From NCBI RefSeq assembly GCF_009914755.1, contig NC_060926.1: a stretch of DNA of 64,000 nt; one strand, given 5' to 3'. This DNA comes from the human T2T-CHM13v2.0 reference genome, Homo sapiens. The notes under the pieces were generated by a model, which made no database searches, had not been told where the DNA came from, and saw only the letters and a program-made list of their open reading frames with translations. Below, in pieces: positions 13,301 through 26,300 of the stretch. A program made the position numbers and the translations under genes. How positions within the stretch are numbered: position 1 is the first letter of the stretch; each line of letters starts with the position of its first letter.

Positions 13301-14353
13301 AAGAGAAATTCAAAAAATGACAAACAAAAAAGCTATAAAGTATGGAGAAAACAAAGAGCAAAACAACAGTCCCTTTTTATCAGTAATTATTGTAGTTATA
13401 AATGAATTAAATTCTCAGTTAAAAGACATAAATTCACAAAATAGATTTTTAAAAGCCATGATTCAATTATATTCTGTCTACAAGAGACTCACTTTTGATC
13501 CAAAGGCAGAAATAAATTGAAAGTAAAAGGATGGAAAAAGGTATTCCATTCAAATGGTAACTGAAACCACAAGGGTAATTGTACTTTTGTTAGACAAAAT
13601 AGACTTGAAATTAAAAAAAAATTGCAAGAGACAAAGAAGCACATTATATGTTAATAAAGTTTCAATCCAGCAAAAGATATAATTATAAACATTTTTGCAC
13701 CTAATAACAGAACATCAAAATACATCAGACAACAGACAGAATTGAAGGGAGAAAGAGAAATTTCTACAATAATAGTTGGAGATGTCATTACCCAATTCTT
13801 AATAATGAATGCAACAACGAGACAGAAAATAAGTAAGAAAACAGAGGGCTCAACACAATAAGCCAACTAGATCTAACAGACATGTACAAAACACTCTATC
13901 CAATAACAACATCATACACATTCTTCTCAATTTCACAGGGAAATTTCCAGGATAGACCAAATGTTAGGCCACAACATAAGACTTAATAGACTTAAAAATA
14001 GATATCATACAAAGTATTTTCAACCACAATGAGATAAAATTGGAAGTCAATAATAGAAGTAAAACTGGAAAATTCACAAACTTGTGGAAATTAAACAATA
14101 CGCTCTTAAAAACCAGTGGATCAAGGAAGAAATAACAAGAAAAAATAGAAACTGCTTTGAGAAAAATTAAAATGAAACACAATATACCAAAACTTATTAG
14201 GTGCAGCTAAAGCAGCCATAAATTTCATTTATAGCTGTAAATGCTTACTTTAAAAAACATAAAAGTTCTCAAATCAACAGTCTAACTTTACATCTCAAGG
14301 AACAAGAGAAAGAACAAACTAAACCAAAAGCTTGCAGAAAATGGAGATTATAA

Positions 14354-14630
14354 CCAAATTCCACATGTTCTTACTTACAAGTGGGAGCTAAATGATAAGA
14401 ACACATGCACATGGACACATAGAGGAGAACAGCACACCCTGGGGGCTATTGGAGGGTGGAGGGTGAGAGGAAGGAAAGTATCCGGAAAAAATAACTAATG
14501 GGTACTAGGCTTAATACCTGGGTGATGAAAGAATCTGTACAAAAAATCCCCATGACACAAGTTTACCTATGTAACAAACCTGCACATGTACCCCTGAACT
14601 TAAAATAAAAGTTAAAATGAATGAACAAAT
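14354..14630 (+). mobile_element. L1PA (about PA11-14) truncated 3' end inside L1MB ORF2
   Basis: aactaatgggtactaggcttaatacctgggtgatgaaa...aacctgcacatgtacccctgaacttaaaataaaag; 16-bp TSD aaaatggagattataa (14338-14353) / aaattggagattataa (14631-14646). Confidence 0.9.
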
Positions 14631-14744
14631 AAATTGGAGATTATAAAAATCAGAACAGAGAAAAAATGAAATATAGAATAGAAGACAATCTATATTTGTC
14701 TAGAAGACAATAGAAGTTGGAGACAATCAATGAAATCAAAAGTT

Positions 14745-14950
14745 CACAGCGACATTGGGGGCTACTAGAGGTGGGAGGGAGGGAAGGAGGGAGGGTCGCA
14801 AGGGTTGAAAAACTAACTATTGGGTACTATGCTCACTACCTACCTGGGTGATGGGATCAATCACACCCTAAACTTCAGCATCACACAATATACTCATGTG
14901 ACATGTACCCCCACCCTGAATCTAAAGTAAGAGTTGAAATTTAAAAAAAA
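14745..14950 (+). mobile_element. L1PA15/16-like truncated 3' end inside L1MB ORF2
   Basis: caagggttgaaaaactaactattgggtactatgctcactacc...cagcatcacacaatatac; host L1 resumes collinearly (gaaatcaaaagtt | tgttctttgaaaa). Confidence 0.85.
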
Positions 14951-17900
14951 ACACAAAAATTTGTTCTTTGAAAATATCAACAAAATTGGCAAACATGCTT
15001 GATGAATTAAGAAAAGAAAGTCTCAACCAAAATCTGAAATGAAAATGGGGACATTATTGCTAACTCTACAGAAATGAAAAGAATTATAGGGGAGTACTAT
15101 GAACAATTGTATACCAAGAAATTTGGTAACATTTGTGAAATAGATGAATTCATAGAAACACAAAACATAAAAAGATTAAATCATGAGAAAATTGATAATC
15201 TGAATAAACCTATAACTAGATGGAGATTCAATCAAGTCTCCCAACACAGAAAAGTCCTGGACTTGATGGCTTTACTGGTGAATTCACTAAACATTTAAAG
15301 AACTAACAGCAAGCTTTCTCAAACTTTAAAAAAAAATGAAGAGGAGGAAAAACTTTCTAACTTATCCTGTAAATCCAGTATTGCCCTGCTACCAAAGCCA
15401 GACAAAGACACTAAAAGAAACTACAGACCAATATCCCTTCTGGACATTGACAAAATCCTCAACAAAATACCATCAAACTGAATTCAACAGCATATTAAAC
15501 TGATTATACACCGTGTCCAACTGTGTTTATTCCAGGAATCCAAGGATGGTTCAATATAAAAATTTATCAATGTAATACACCACATTAACAGAGTGAAAGG
15601 AAAAAAAATATAATTATCTCAATTGATGTAGAAAAAGCTTTTGACAAAATTGAACACCATTTTATGTTAAAACATTCAATAAACTAGGAGTAGAAGAAAA
15701 CTATCTTAACGTAACAAAAGCTAAATATGAAAAACCAACAGCAAATATCATGTTCAATGGTAAAAGACTGAAAGCTTTTCCTCTAAGATCAGGAACATCC
15801 CTGCAAGCAAGAATGCCTGCTTGCAGCACTTCTATTCAACATGGCTTTGGAAATTCTATCCAGGTCAATGAGGCAATGAAAAGAAATAAAAGGCAACAAA
15901 ATTGGAAAGGAAGAAGTTAAATTGTCATGTGTGTTTGCAGATGATTGATCTTATATATAAAAAACCCTAGAGATTTCCTACAAAAAATGTAAAATTAATA
16001 AACAATTTCAGCAAAGTAGCAGGATACAAAGTTAACACACAAAAATTAGTAGCATTCCTACATACAAAGAATGAACAATCTGCAAAGAAAATTAAGAAAA
16101 TTATTTCGTATATAGTAGCATCAAAAAGAATAAAATAATTCAGAATTAATTTAAACAAGGGGATAGAAAACCTGTACAATGACAACTATAATACATTGTT
16201 GAAAGAATTAAAGAATACATAAATAAGTGGAAATGCACCTTATGTTCAAGGATCGGAAGAAGACTTAATATTGTTAAGATATCAATATCATTCAAAGCAA
16301 CCTACATATTCAATGTGATTCCCATCAAATTTCCAATGACTTTTTTTGCAGAATAGAAAAATCCATCCTATAATGTATATGGAATCTCAATGAATGTCAA
16401 ATAGCCAAAACAATCTTGAAAATGAACAAAACTAAACAACTCACACTTACAACAAAGTTACAGTACTCAAAACAGTGTGATATTGGGATAAAAACAGACA
16501 TATACACAAAGAAACATAATAGAGAGCCCAGAAATAAACCTTAATATATATGATAAAATAATTTTGACAAAGGTGGCAAGACCATTCAGTGGTTAAAGGG
16601 GAATCTTTAAACAAATGGTTCTAGGAAAGCTGGATATCTTAATGCGAAAGATAGAAGTTGGACCTGTACTTAACACTGTATAAAAAAATTAACTCAAAAT
16701 AGATCAAAGACCTAAGTGTAACACTTAAATCTATAAAATTCTTAGAAGAAAACATAGGATGATAGATTTACAGTGTTAGATTTTGCAGTGATTTCTTGGA
16801 TACGGCAACAAAGGCACATGAAACAACCAAAAAAATTGATGAGTTACATTTTATGAAAAATTTTAAAAATTGTATGTCAAAAGACACTGTTAACAAAGTA
16901 AGAATGCAAACTATATGAGAAAATATTTTTAAGTATGTATTTGCTAAGGGATTAATATTAAGAATATATAGAAAACTTTTAGCTTTCAACAAGAAACAAA
17001 CAACCTGATTAAAAAATGAGCAAAGAACTTGAATAGACATTTCTGCAAAGAAGTTATGCAAATGGCCTATAAACATAAGAAAAAACACTCAACATCCCTA
17101 ATTATTAGGAAAAGGCAAGTCAGAACTACAATGAGATACCACCTCATACCTCATACCTACGAGGAAGGCTACTATTGAAAAAACAAACAAAAAAAAACAA
17201 GTATTGGTGAAGATATGAATGAACTGGAATCCTTGTGTACCATTAGTGGGAAAGTAAAATGGTACAGCTGTGTGGAAAACAGTGTTATGTTTTCTCAAAA
17301 AAATTAAAAAATAGAATTGCCATCTGATACAGCAATTCAGCCCTGGGTATAGCTATCTAAAAGAATTGAAAGCGGGATTGCTAAAAGATATTTTTAGATG
17401 TCTCTTCATAATAGCTAAAAGATAGACGCAATCTAAGCATTCATCAAGAGATGAATGGCTAAACCAAATGTGATATATACATCCAATGGACTATATTCAG
17501 CTTTAAAATGAAAAATATTCTGACAATATAGATTAACTTTGAAGACATTATTGTAAATAAAATAAGCCAATCACAAAAATACAAATACTGAATGATTCTA
17601 TTAATATGAGGTACTTAGAATACTCAAAATCATAGAGAGAAAATAGAATGATGGTTGTAGGGCTTTTTGGGGTGGGATGGAATAGGGAGTTATTGTTTAA
17701 TGGGTATAGTGTTTCAGTTTTGCAAGATGAAAAGAGTTCTCGAGATGGTTTTTGGTGATGATTGCACAATAATATGAATGTACTTATTACCACTAAACCG
17801 TATAGTTAAAAAAGGTTAAAATGGTAAATTTCTTGTTTTTTATATTTTATAACAATAAAAAATTAAGAAAAATATAGTCACTCCACTGTTCCTTTGGGTC

Positions 17901-18807
17901 AGCTACTTCAGGGTGATAAAGAATAAGGTAACTCTTAGGGAGTTCATAAGAATGAGCCAATGCCACAGTTTATTTGGTCTCAAATGAGTTCCTCAGTCAA
18001 AAGCAATGCTGTGTGTGATGCCATAATGACAAATAAGGATGGTGAGTTTGGAAGAAGCATTGTAGGTAGTGAGAAAGGCAAATCTGTATCCCGGGTAAAT
18101 GTATCTCCAGTGGTAGCAAAGATCTGCTTAAGCCTAATCTTTATACTACTTCCATTTGATGAACGAATGCTGCTCTGCATACCTACATTCATGACTGTGT
18201 GGGTCAGAAAAGATCAAGTTCATGATGGGTTACTCAGATTGCATGGTAACTTAGTGGCCCATGGTTAAATATTCAGTCCTCACTAAGGGTGAGTAGCAAG
18301 CCTGAAGCTGCTTTTTAAAAGGAGAACATTTATCTGCAGTGTATGGCAAAGCTTTGCTTCTAAATCCCAAGGCTCTGTGCTAAGATTCACATATAGAAGT
18401 CTGACAAAGACTCTTTACAGCATTCTTATCTGCCACAGACACTTCAAGCGCTATACGATCTTCCAGGTCTCATGGACTAAGTGGCAGAGGAGCTTGCATG
18501 GCTCTCTATACCTGTTGCAGAGCCTTTCTTGTTCTGGGCCTTTGTCCTGGCAGCTTCTTAGGTTGCTTGATGAATGGAATAGCATGCTCAAAGTATATAT
18601 GACCTCCAAAATCCAAAAAGACACATAAGCGTTGTAGTTCTTAATTAATGGTAAGAGGGGCAGGAGGCACAACTTATTCTTCTTGGAAGGCATATCTTGA
18701 TATACCACAGACCACTAGACACCTAGAAATTTCATTTGAGGTGGCAGGTTCCTAAATTTTTGTAGGATTTATTTCCTATCTTCTGGAACACATCTACTTC
18801 CAAGATA

Positions 18808-19080
18808 AATAACCAACATTTACTTAGCAATTATTAGGTATCCACATTCATTATCTCATTTAATTTTCTCAGCTACTCTGAGGGAAGGACTGTTAGTATC
18901 TTCATTTTTCTGTATAAGGAAAATAAGTCTCATTAAGACTGTGTCTTGGCCCAAAGCTGTGAAGCTAGTAATTCTTCACGTGGTTAGAATCTGATAAACT
19001 CTGATGTTAGAAGCTAAAATAGCTGCCAGGTCTGAGATCAGAGAAAAACTACCATTTATTCCCTCTATACTACCATCTCC
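18808..19080 (-). mobile_element. Near-full-length MIR lying within the ERV-L RT domain
   Basis: aataaccaacatttacttagc...cattatctcatttaatt...aaggaaaataagtctc...cttggcccaaag...gctagtaa...ccaggtctg; ERV-L RT on both sides. Confidence 0.7.
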
Positions 19081-21002
19081 TAGTAATAATATAATAGACC
19101 TGCATCATGTACTATGGAAGAGAAAGGCTATCAAAGACTCTAAGGACTAGATTATGACATAGGGCTGGGAGGTTAGTCCTGGGCAGACTAATAAAGTTTA
19201 TTGTTGGCCTTATCAGCTAAAGGTCACTGTTTTTGATGGCCTCTACTAATTAGTATAGACAAAAAGCATTTATGAGATCAACTGCTGCATACAAGTTACC
19301 AGGGGATGTGTTGATTTGCTCCAACAATAAAACAACATACACAGCTGAAGTTACCACAAGATTAAATTTTCAATAATCCACTGTCATTCTCCAAGATCAA
19401 TTGGTCTTTTGCATAGGCAAGTTGAGTGGGGACATAGAAGGCATCACTGCTCCTGCATCTTTCAATCCTTGATAGTGATATTAATCTCTGCAATTCCTCC
19501 AGGAACGTGGTATTAAATTTGGTTTACTATTTTGGCAGGAGGAGATGGTGATAATCATTTTCACTTGACTTTTCCTATAATAATAGCCCATATTCTACAG
19601 GTTAGAGAGCCAATGTGGGGATTCTGCTAGATGCTAGATATACCTATGCTAATTATGTACTCTAAAACAGGGGAAATAAACACAGGGTGTGATTGGTGAC
19701 CCATTGGGTCCACTGTAAGTCAGAACTCAGTGAAGTTCCATTAATCATTCTACCTTCCTCACTATTCTGATTAGTAGACCAAAGCAGCATTCTGGGCATC
19801 TGGGAATTAAAGTAAGTTCATACCTGTTTCAGTAATCTTTGAAAAGTGTGATTAGTTTCTTTTCTCCAGTGCAATTTCCCCTGGTAAATAACTAAGCCAC
19901 AAGTTCTTTTGGGAAAGGTTAAGAGAAAGACTTGTAGTGTAAATTTTGGCAATGTGGCAGCGTCTTTCCTCAATGGGGCTCAGCTGCCCCTTCATTCAAG
20001 AGGTAATGCACCCGTGAATTGGCCCCAAACTGGGAATTGGTTGATGGGCCATGACTCCATTTTGTACTCATTCAAGTCAGACTTTTGCTTCTCAGACCTA
20101 GAGAGTTTTACTAAGACATATCAAGTAAGATTTTAATAGTCTGTCCATTGATTTCAGTTCTAGGGACACCATTATCAACTTAACCAAAAATAAATCTGAT
20201 CACTGCTTTGGATCTGCAGTTGGTTAAAACACCCACTACCACCTGGATCTTGGTGATAAAGTACCATCACTTGGCCCTGCTACTCTTGGAGCCCATCAGT
20301 CCCAGTGGATTTGGGGAACTTCATTTCAATGGCAATAATTTTCACTGTCAGTCCTCATGTAGTTAATGGATCTATCAGAGAGTTCTTCAAGGATGCAAGG
20401 GGACTGCTCATCAATATATTTTTCATAGCATTAGTGAAGAATGAGTCCTCTAGGGGATATACTAACAAGGCATGTTTTTACTTAATAACATCCACTCTAG
20501 CATCCTAGTTTTCTTAAGCCAATAGATATTTTCCTTTACAATATGCCAGGGGATTTTTAGCATTTCCATTTAACATAATTTAGGTCAATTTCATGTCCAG
20601 CTTTTAGTCAACCTAGCAAACAAGCTAGTAGGATTATTCCCAGATCCTCAGTCCAATATTATATATATTCCTTTCACCATTATCCAACAGCCTTAGGATC
20701 TATTCCCACACACATGGATTCTATTTATATAAATTGGAAAAATCATGCAATTATTTTGGTGTGTACTATAATTTTTTATAGGTCCTTTTGTGAACCTCAT
20801 CTTCTGGGAGTCACTTGCTAGGATGTGATACTGGTTATAGCTGAGGAAGAGAAAAACCGTGGTGGAGATATGTCCTTAGGAGAATCAGAAGCCCTTGTAA
20901 GGAAAGAACATGGCAGGAAAACCAGTATAAGTTCACAAGAAAGAAGAAACGATCCTCCTCAAACAGGAAGGAAAGCTGCTTTTACTGAAAAAAATTTAGG
21001 CC

Positions 21003-21372
21003 AACCATGAATCTCATTTCTGTCACTACATCTTTCTGTTTTCTGGACATTTCATACAAAGGGATCATATATGTGGTCTTTTGTGACAAGATTCTTTCAC
21101 TTAGCATAATGTTTTAAAGGCAAATTCATGCTGTAGCATGCGTCAGTACTTCATTCCTTTTAATGGCTGAATAATTTTCCATTGTTTATTTCAATAATAA
21201 GCCACATTTTGTTTATGCATTTGTCAGTTGATAGACATTTGGGTTGTTTCCACCTTTTATCTATAGTGAATAATGTTGCTATGAACATCCATGTACAAGT
21301 TTTTGTACACATTTGCCTATGTTTTGTTTGTATTTATCTTGGGTAGATATCTAAGAATAGAATTTCTGGGTC
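21003..21372 (-). mobile_element. L1MB-type 3' fragment
   Basis: ttctggacatttcatac...ttcacttagcataatgtttt...gacatttgggttgtttccacc. Confidence 0.85.
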
Positions 21373-21384
21373 CTGTATTTCTAC

Positions 21385-21540
21385 TAATCCTAAGAGATAA
21401 CTAGTACAATCTCTGTTTCACTGAAAAAGAAACTGGGATTCAGAGGAGTTGGACTGCTAGTCATGTCGCAGAGCAAATAGAAAGTGAGATTAACACTCAG
21501 CGCTCTTTAAGTCCAGAGCTCACATTTCTCTATGCTTCTC
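21385..21540 (-). mobile_element. MIR fragment
   Basis: gaaactgggattcagagg...gtccagagctcac. Confidence 0.5.
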
Positions 21541-23369
21541 TGCTGGGTGAGAGCACTGCAGATGCATCAACATTCATGCATGCCATGCAGACAACCCACA
21601 AGTGCAGACACACACAGTGATTGGAATGACATCAGATGTGGTTTAAGACAAGCCTGACTTCATCATAACTATTCTCTCCCTCACACCAACTCCCCTGCTA
21701 GAAATACACTTTCTAGCTGAATCTACCTCCCTTCTATGGATTTTTCATCTTTGTTTTTAGGGAGCAGAGTCAGATTTACTTTTCATATGAACTAGCCTTA
21801 GGGGCTATGCAGGGGAAGACACAACAGCATCCCTAATATTGGAATCTCTCTCTAAGACCTACAGGAATGAACACCCCTGAATATTGCCAGATATAGAGGC
21901 TTCCAATAGACCATCAGGCAACTCATTCCCCAGAGTCCCCATCTTTATTTCTCAGTATGGGCCACTACCTCTGTGCATACATGTAAGGGACTGAGGACTC
22001 TTTACCTGAAATATAACTCTTTAGGATTGACTACCATCTCCCCAACTAAGATGCAGAAATCATACAAACTTATGTATATTTTGTAAGAGCAAGCAGTTCA
22101 AAATTGGATTACCTTTCCACATTTTCATACAAAGTAGATTAATGTGCCCCTGTCTTTATTACATTTTCCACCCTTGTCATTTGTGATTAGGCCAACACTG
22201 TGAAGATGTATTATGGATTGGCTAAATGGGAACATTAAAACATTGGCTATATATCAGAGAAGCTCAAGCAAGTTGATGTGTGCTACACACACCCTTGGTA
22301 AAATATGTCTGAAATATTTCACGTCTTTTTGGACAGAGAAATTTTTCTACAGCACCAAAAGTAATAGGAAGTACAGAAGAAAGAAAAGAGAAGACATAGG
22401 GGAAAATACTAACTTTTGTTCTAGATAATGGAAGAGGTCTATTCTCCCTGCAATAATTTTGATATGGAATTTCTCATAGATGAGGCTCTTAAACCAAAAT
22501 CATCACCTGGGTTTGGAGAAGAAGGAAAAACATGGGCTATAACCAAGATTCCTAGTTCACATAAGGAAGGGTGTTTGACCAGGCCCCCATCTTATTGTCT
22601 TGAGCTTATATTCCATCTCTTCTAGGTCATTCCTGCCCTGAGAGTACCTTAACGGCTCAGGCTTCTTATAGAAACAGCTAAACAGCTGAGAGGCAAATCG
22701 TGTATCTGTACAGGTGTCATCTCATTCTTAGTCACATGATGGATAATCTCCAGGCTGGAAGGCTCAGGCAATGGGATTAAGCAGTTCTGGTAGGAGAAAG
22801 AAGGGATCATGGCCAAAAAAATCTATTTCTAAGAAGAGGACAATCCTATTGCTCCCCTAAAAAGACTCCTACCTGTAACACACTCTTGCCTCTACTTCAT
22901 AACTTCTTTCCCAAACATGTTCATGAGAGTAATTCTGGACAGCTCTGAGGCCTGCAGCTGCAGTACCTTTCCATGACAGGTTGCCCAGGCTGCAGAGCCA
23001 GTCTCTTTCTGGTCAGCTGTCACCTCTTCTGCTCTTCTGGCTCCCCTGGTGCCTTGAAGGGAAAAATAATGAATAGATCAGAGAAAGTCTCCCACTTCTT
23101 GACACTTTTTTCACCTTGCAAACATAATTCCATGAATATATCTTAGCCTGGGCCCATGGTCTGGGTCTGTGTAGGATGGTATAAATGCATCAGAAAAGGG
23201 CTTCTCTTTTTAATATTAGCATGGTTAGAGGAAAGCAAAGAGAGCGCAAAGCAGCTTCAAATTAAGCCAGGTTTTGTTGATGATGTTATGATGATCCTAT
23301 ATCTCTTATTCTAGTCTGGTTTTTTCCAGTTGTACTTTGTGATTGAATGCAGTGGAAACAACAGAGGTA

Positions 23370-25000
23370 GGGTCCTTATGCTAAAGAAATTTGTGGAGGA
23401 GCCAGACAAATAATACCAATAAATTGTTAGTTATGAAGAAGAAAATAAAACAGGGAGATATAATACAGTGAATTGAAGAGGCCAGTTTATCAATAGCAGA
23501 GAGGTGACTTTTGATGTAAATCTCAGCTAGATCCGAAATTGACTGGAGGGTTTGGGGCAGCAACCTGGTGGAGCCAACATTCTGAACATGAGTCCTCAGA
23601 TAGAAGTCATGGTGGGCAAGGCTGAAGAACCTTGTTTCTAATGTATGGTAGGAATTGCAATTTCTCAAACATCAGTTGCCATTTCAATAGAGAATGAAAG
23701 AATTTGCTAAAAGCCTACTTGAAATATAGGATTGAATAAGGAATTCTGCACTTTAACCTGTTTTCCAACTGCATCTTTGAGAAGAGGACACAGAGATTCA
23801 ATGATGAATTCAACAAATGTTGATTGAAACAGAAACAGTCACTATGGCATAGAGTTTTTAATGAGATGAAAGACACTGACAGTGAAATAATGGCAGAAGT
23901 ATAGTTGACACTGTGAAATGTACTATAAAGGAAAATGAGAGTGTAGTCTAGGAATAGGTAAGAGGGGCATTAATTCTTATGTGGAATCTCAAGGAAGTCT
24001 TCCCCAAAGGATGTCATTTGAACTGACAGACTGGAGTTTGTGTGTTAACAAGGTGTTTTGCATAGGGTGGAGGTAGGGAGCTTCCTGGCAGAAGAAACTC
24101 TAAATGCAAAGATCTTGTGGCAGAAAGGAACAGGTTCTGTTTAGGAGCCTGGGAAAAGCTCGGACCGGGAGAGCACCAGATGGGTCTGGTGATGGAAGCA
24201 AGTGCTAGAATATAAAGAATCCTGTAGATGATGTGAAGTTAATTGATTTTTCATCCTAAGAACGATGGCAAGTTCTTGAAGAATTTTCACCTGGGGAGCC
24301 ATAAGTTCATTTGCAGTTTTAAAAGGTCGTTCTGCGCAAGAGAAGAGTAGATATAGAAAAACAAATTAGGAGGCTATCTAGAGAGTTCAAATAAGAAATC
24401 ATAGTGCCTTAGACTAATATGATAGCAGGACAGAAATGAAGATATTAATGATATATTTACAGGGTTAAACCCACAGGACTTGCTAATGTACCAGAATATA
24501 GCAAGAAAGATGTATCAAGGTTGATCCTTGATATGGTTAGGCTTTGTGTTCCCACCTGAGTCTCATCTTGAATTGTAATCCCCATAATCCCCAGGTGTCA
24601 AGGGAGCGACCAGGTGGAGGTAATTGAATCATGGGGGCAGTTTCCTCCACGCTGTTCTCGTGATAGTGAGTGAGTTCTCATGAGATCTGATAGTTTTATA
24701 AGGGGCTATCTCCCTTTGCTTGGCACTTCCTCCTTTCACCTTGCGAAGAAGGTGTCTTGTTTCCCGTTCAGCCTTCTGCCGTGATTGTAACTTTCCTGAG
24801 GCCTCGCCAGCCATGCTGAACTGTGAGTCAATTAAACCTCTTTCATTTATAAATTACCCAGTCTTGGGCAGTTCTTTATAGCAGTTTAAAAAATGGACTA
24901 ATACAATCTGTAAGTGTTTTTAATTTTTTCTAATTTTTTTTAAACATTTTAATACAGTTGCAATGGTAGTAGTTCCTTTCCCTTGATAGAGAATAGGCAA
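23370..25000 (-). mobile_element. Degraded L2 fragments, interrupted by THE1
   Basis: attcaacaaatgttgattga (~23810); cttcctggcagaagaaactctaaatgcaaag; ttaggaggcta. Confidence 0.55.
24529..24905 (+). mobile_element. THE1 (THE1C/D-like) MaLR solo LTR
   Basis: tgatatggtt...gagatctgat...ctgtgagtcaattaaacctcttt...ggactaataca. Confidence 0.93.
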
Positions 25001-25420
25001 TGATAAATTTGGTGAAAGGAGACAAGCTGCATATTCTGTTGACAAATAATGGCTGTGAATTATTCTTAACTGGCTCAAGGATGAGAAGAGGAGGAATTGT
25101 GTGGGTGAGGAAGATTCTTTATGCAGCCAAAATAAACAACTTCAGACACAGGAGAAGCTAGGGGAGATTTCTGAAAATATTGTATTCTAAGTTCCAGAAG
25201 AAAATTGTAGGAAACTGTCTTTCTCCTTAGAGTGCGAGAGTATTCTTTATAAAATAGAAATTAAAACTATAAGGAGAGGTAGTAATGTGACGTGCTGGAG
25301 AGGTAACAGGTAACATCTTATGAAAAGAGAGATGAGGGAAGTTCTCAGGAAGTCTAAGAGCACAAAGAGGGTGATGAGGCAGAGGAGGTAGGTGTGATGA
25401 TGCAGCAATTTAATCTGTCA

Positions 25421-25842
<422 letters not shown>

Positions 25843-25869
25843 TTACCAAACAGGTAGCAGGGAGGGGAA

Positions 25870-26300
25870 AATACAAACATATTTTTTTCAACTGAAGAAA
25901 GACCTACGTAGATTGAAGAGTCTCACAACATTACAGGCATGATCAGCTAAATAAAATACCTACAAACTTACTAACAAAAATTTGAATTCATTAGCGGGGA
26001 AAAGACAAAACTAGAAATATAGTGTCTTAAAGTAATGAAATTATTGAATTTTTGCTCTTTAACACCAACAGTCAGATAATAGATGAGAATTGATAGGATT
26101 TTGAAGAAACATTTTTGTAAATTGAGATTATTTTATCCAGACTCCTTGATTTTTGTTTTATGTAGAAAGGTATAGGAAAACATTTTTAGATATGCAAAGG
26201 CTCAGATCTTCTATCAGCCAAGTACACTCAAAACATAAAGGTGTCTGTGTGTACATACCCATGCTCTTGAAGATATAGCCTTCTGATAAGGAGATGAAGA
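25870..26300 (+). mobile_element. HAL1 / old L1 ORF1 fragment
   Basis: gattattttatccag...aaaacatttttagatatgcaaaggctcaga resembles the L1 ORF1 3' part. Confidence 0.45.

Larger units (their letters stand above)
11176..17872 (+). mobile_element. Near-full-length ancient L1 (L1MB3-like 3' end, L1M4-type 5'UTR), defective
   Basis: 5'UTR from ~11176; ORF1 remnants ~11.9-12.9 kb; endonuclease start SPFLSVIIVVINELNS (~13370); RT FADD codons 15934-15945; L1MB 3'UTR and A-tail. Confidence 0.9.
9304..21000 (-). mobile_element. Ancient ERV-L internal region (ERVL-E/HERVL-like), defective, 5' end lost; pieces at 9304-9563, 10381-11175, 17873-18805, 19081-21000
   Basis: PPT 9304-9317; dUTPase-like YQEDIG*HLNNGVKKEYV (10741-10798); integrase ~11050-11175 and 17873-18150; RT/connection 18250-18800 (GPEQE, EINPTKI); RT 19081-19450 (WRMTVDY, INTSPG); protease ~19800-19880 (frameshifted LLxTG..ELTLIP); gag-like to ~21000; no env. 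Confidence 0.85.

Noticed and set aside
11554-17793. Many short ORFs in the L1 region
   Set aside because: Fragments or antisense frames of a dead L1MB with many stops and frameshifts.
17960-21010. ERV-L gag/pol as a possible domesticated gene
   Set aside because: Protease motif frameshifted, YIDD degenerate, integrase split by L1; no long ORF.
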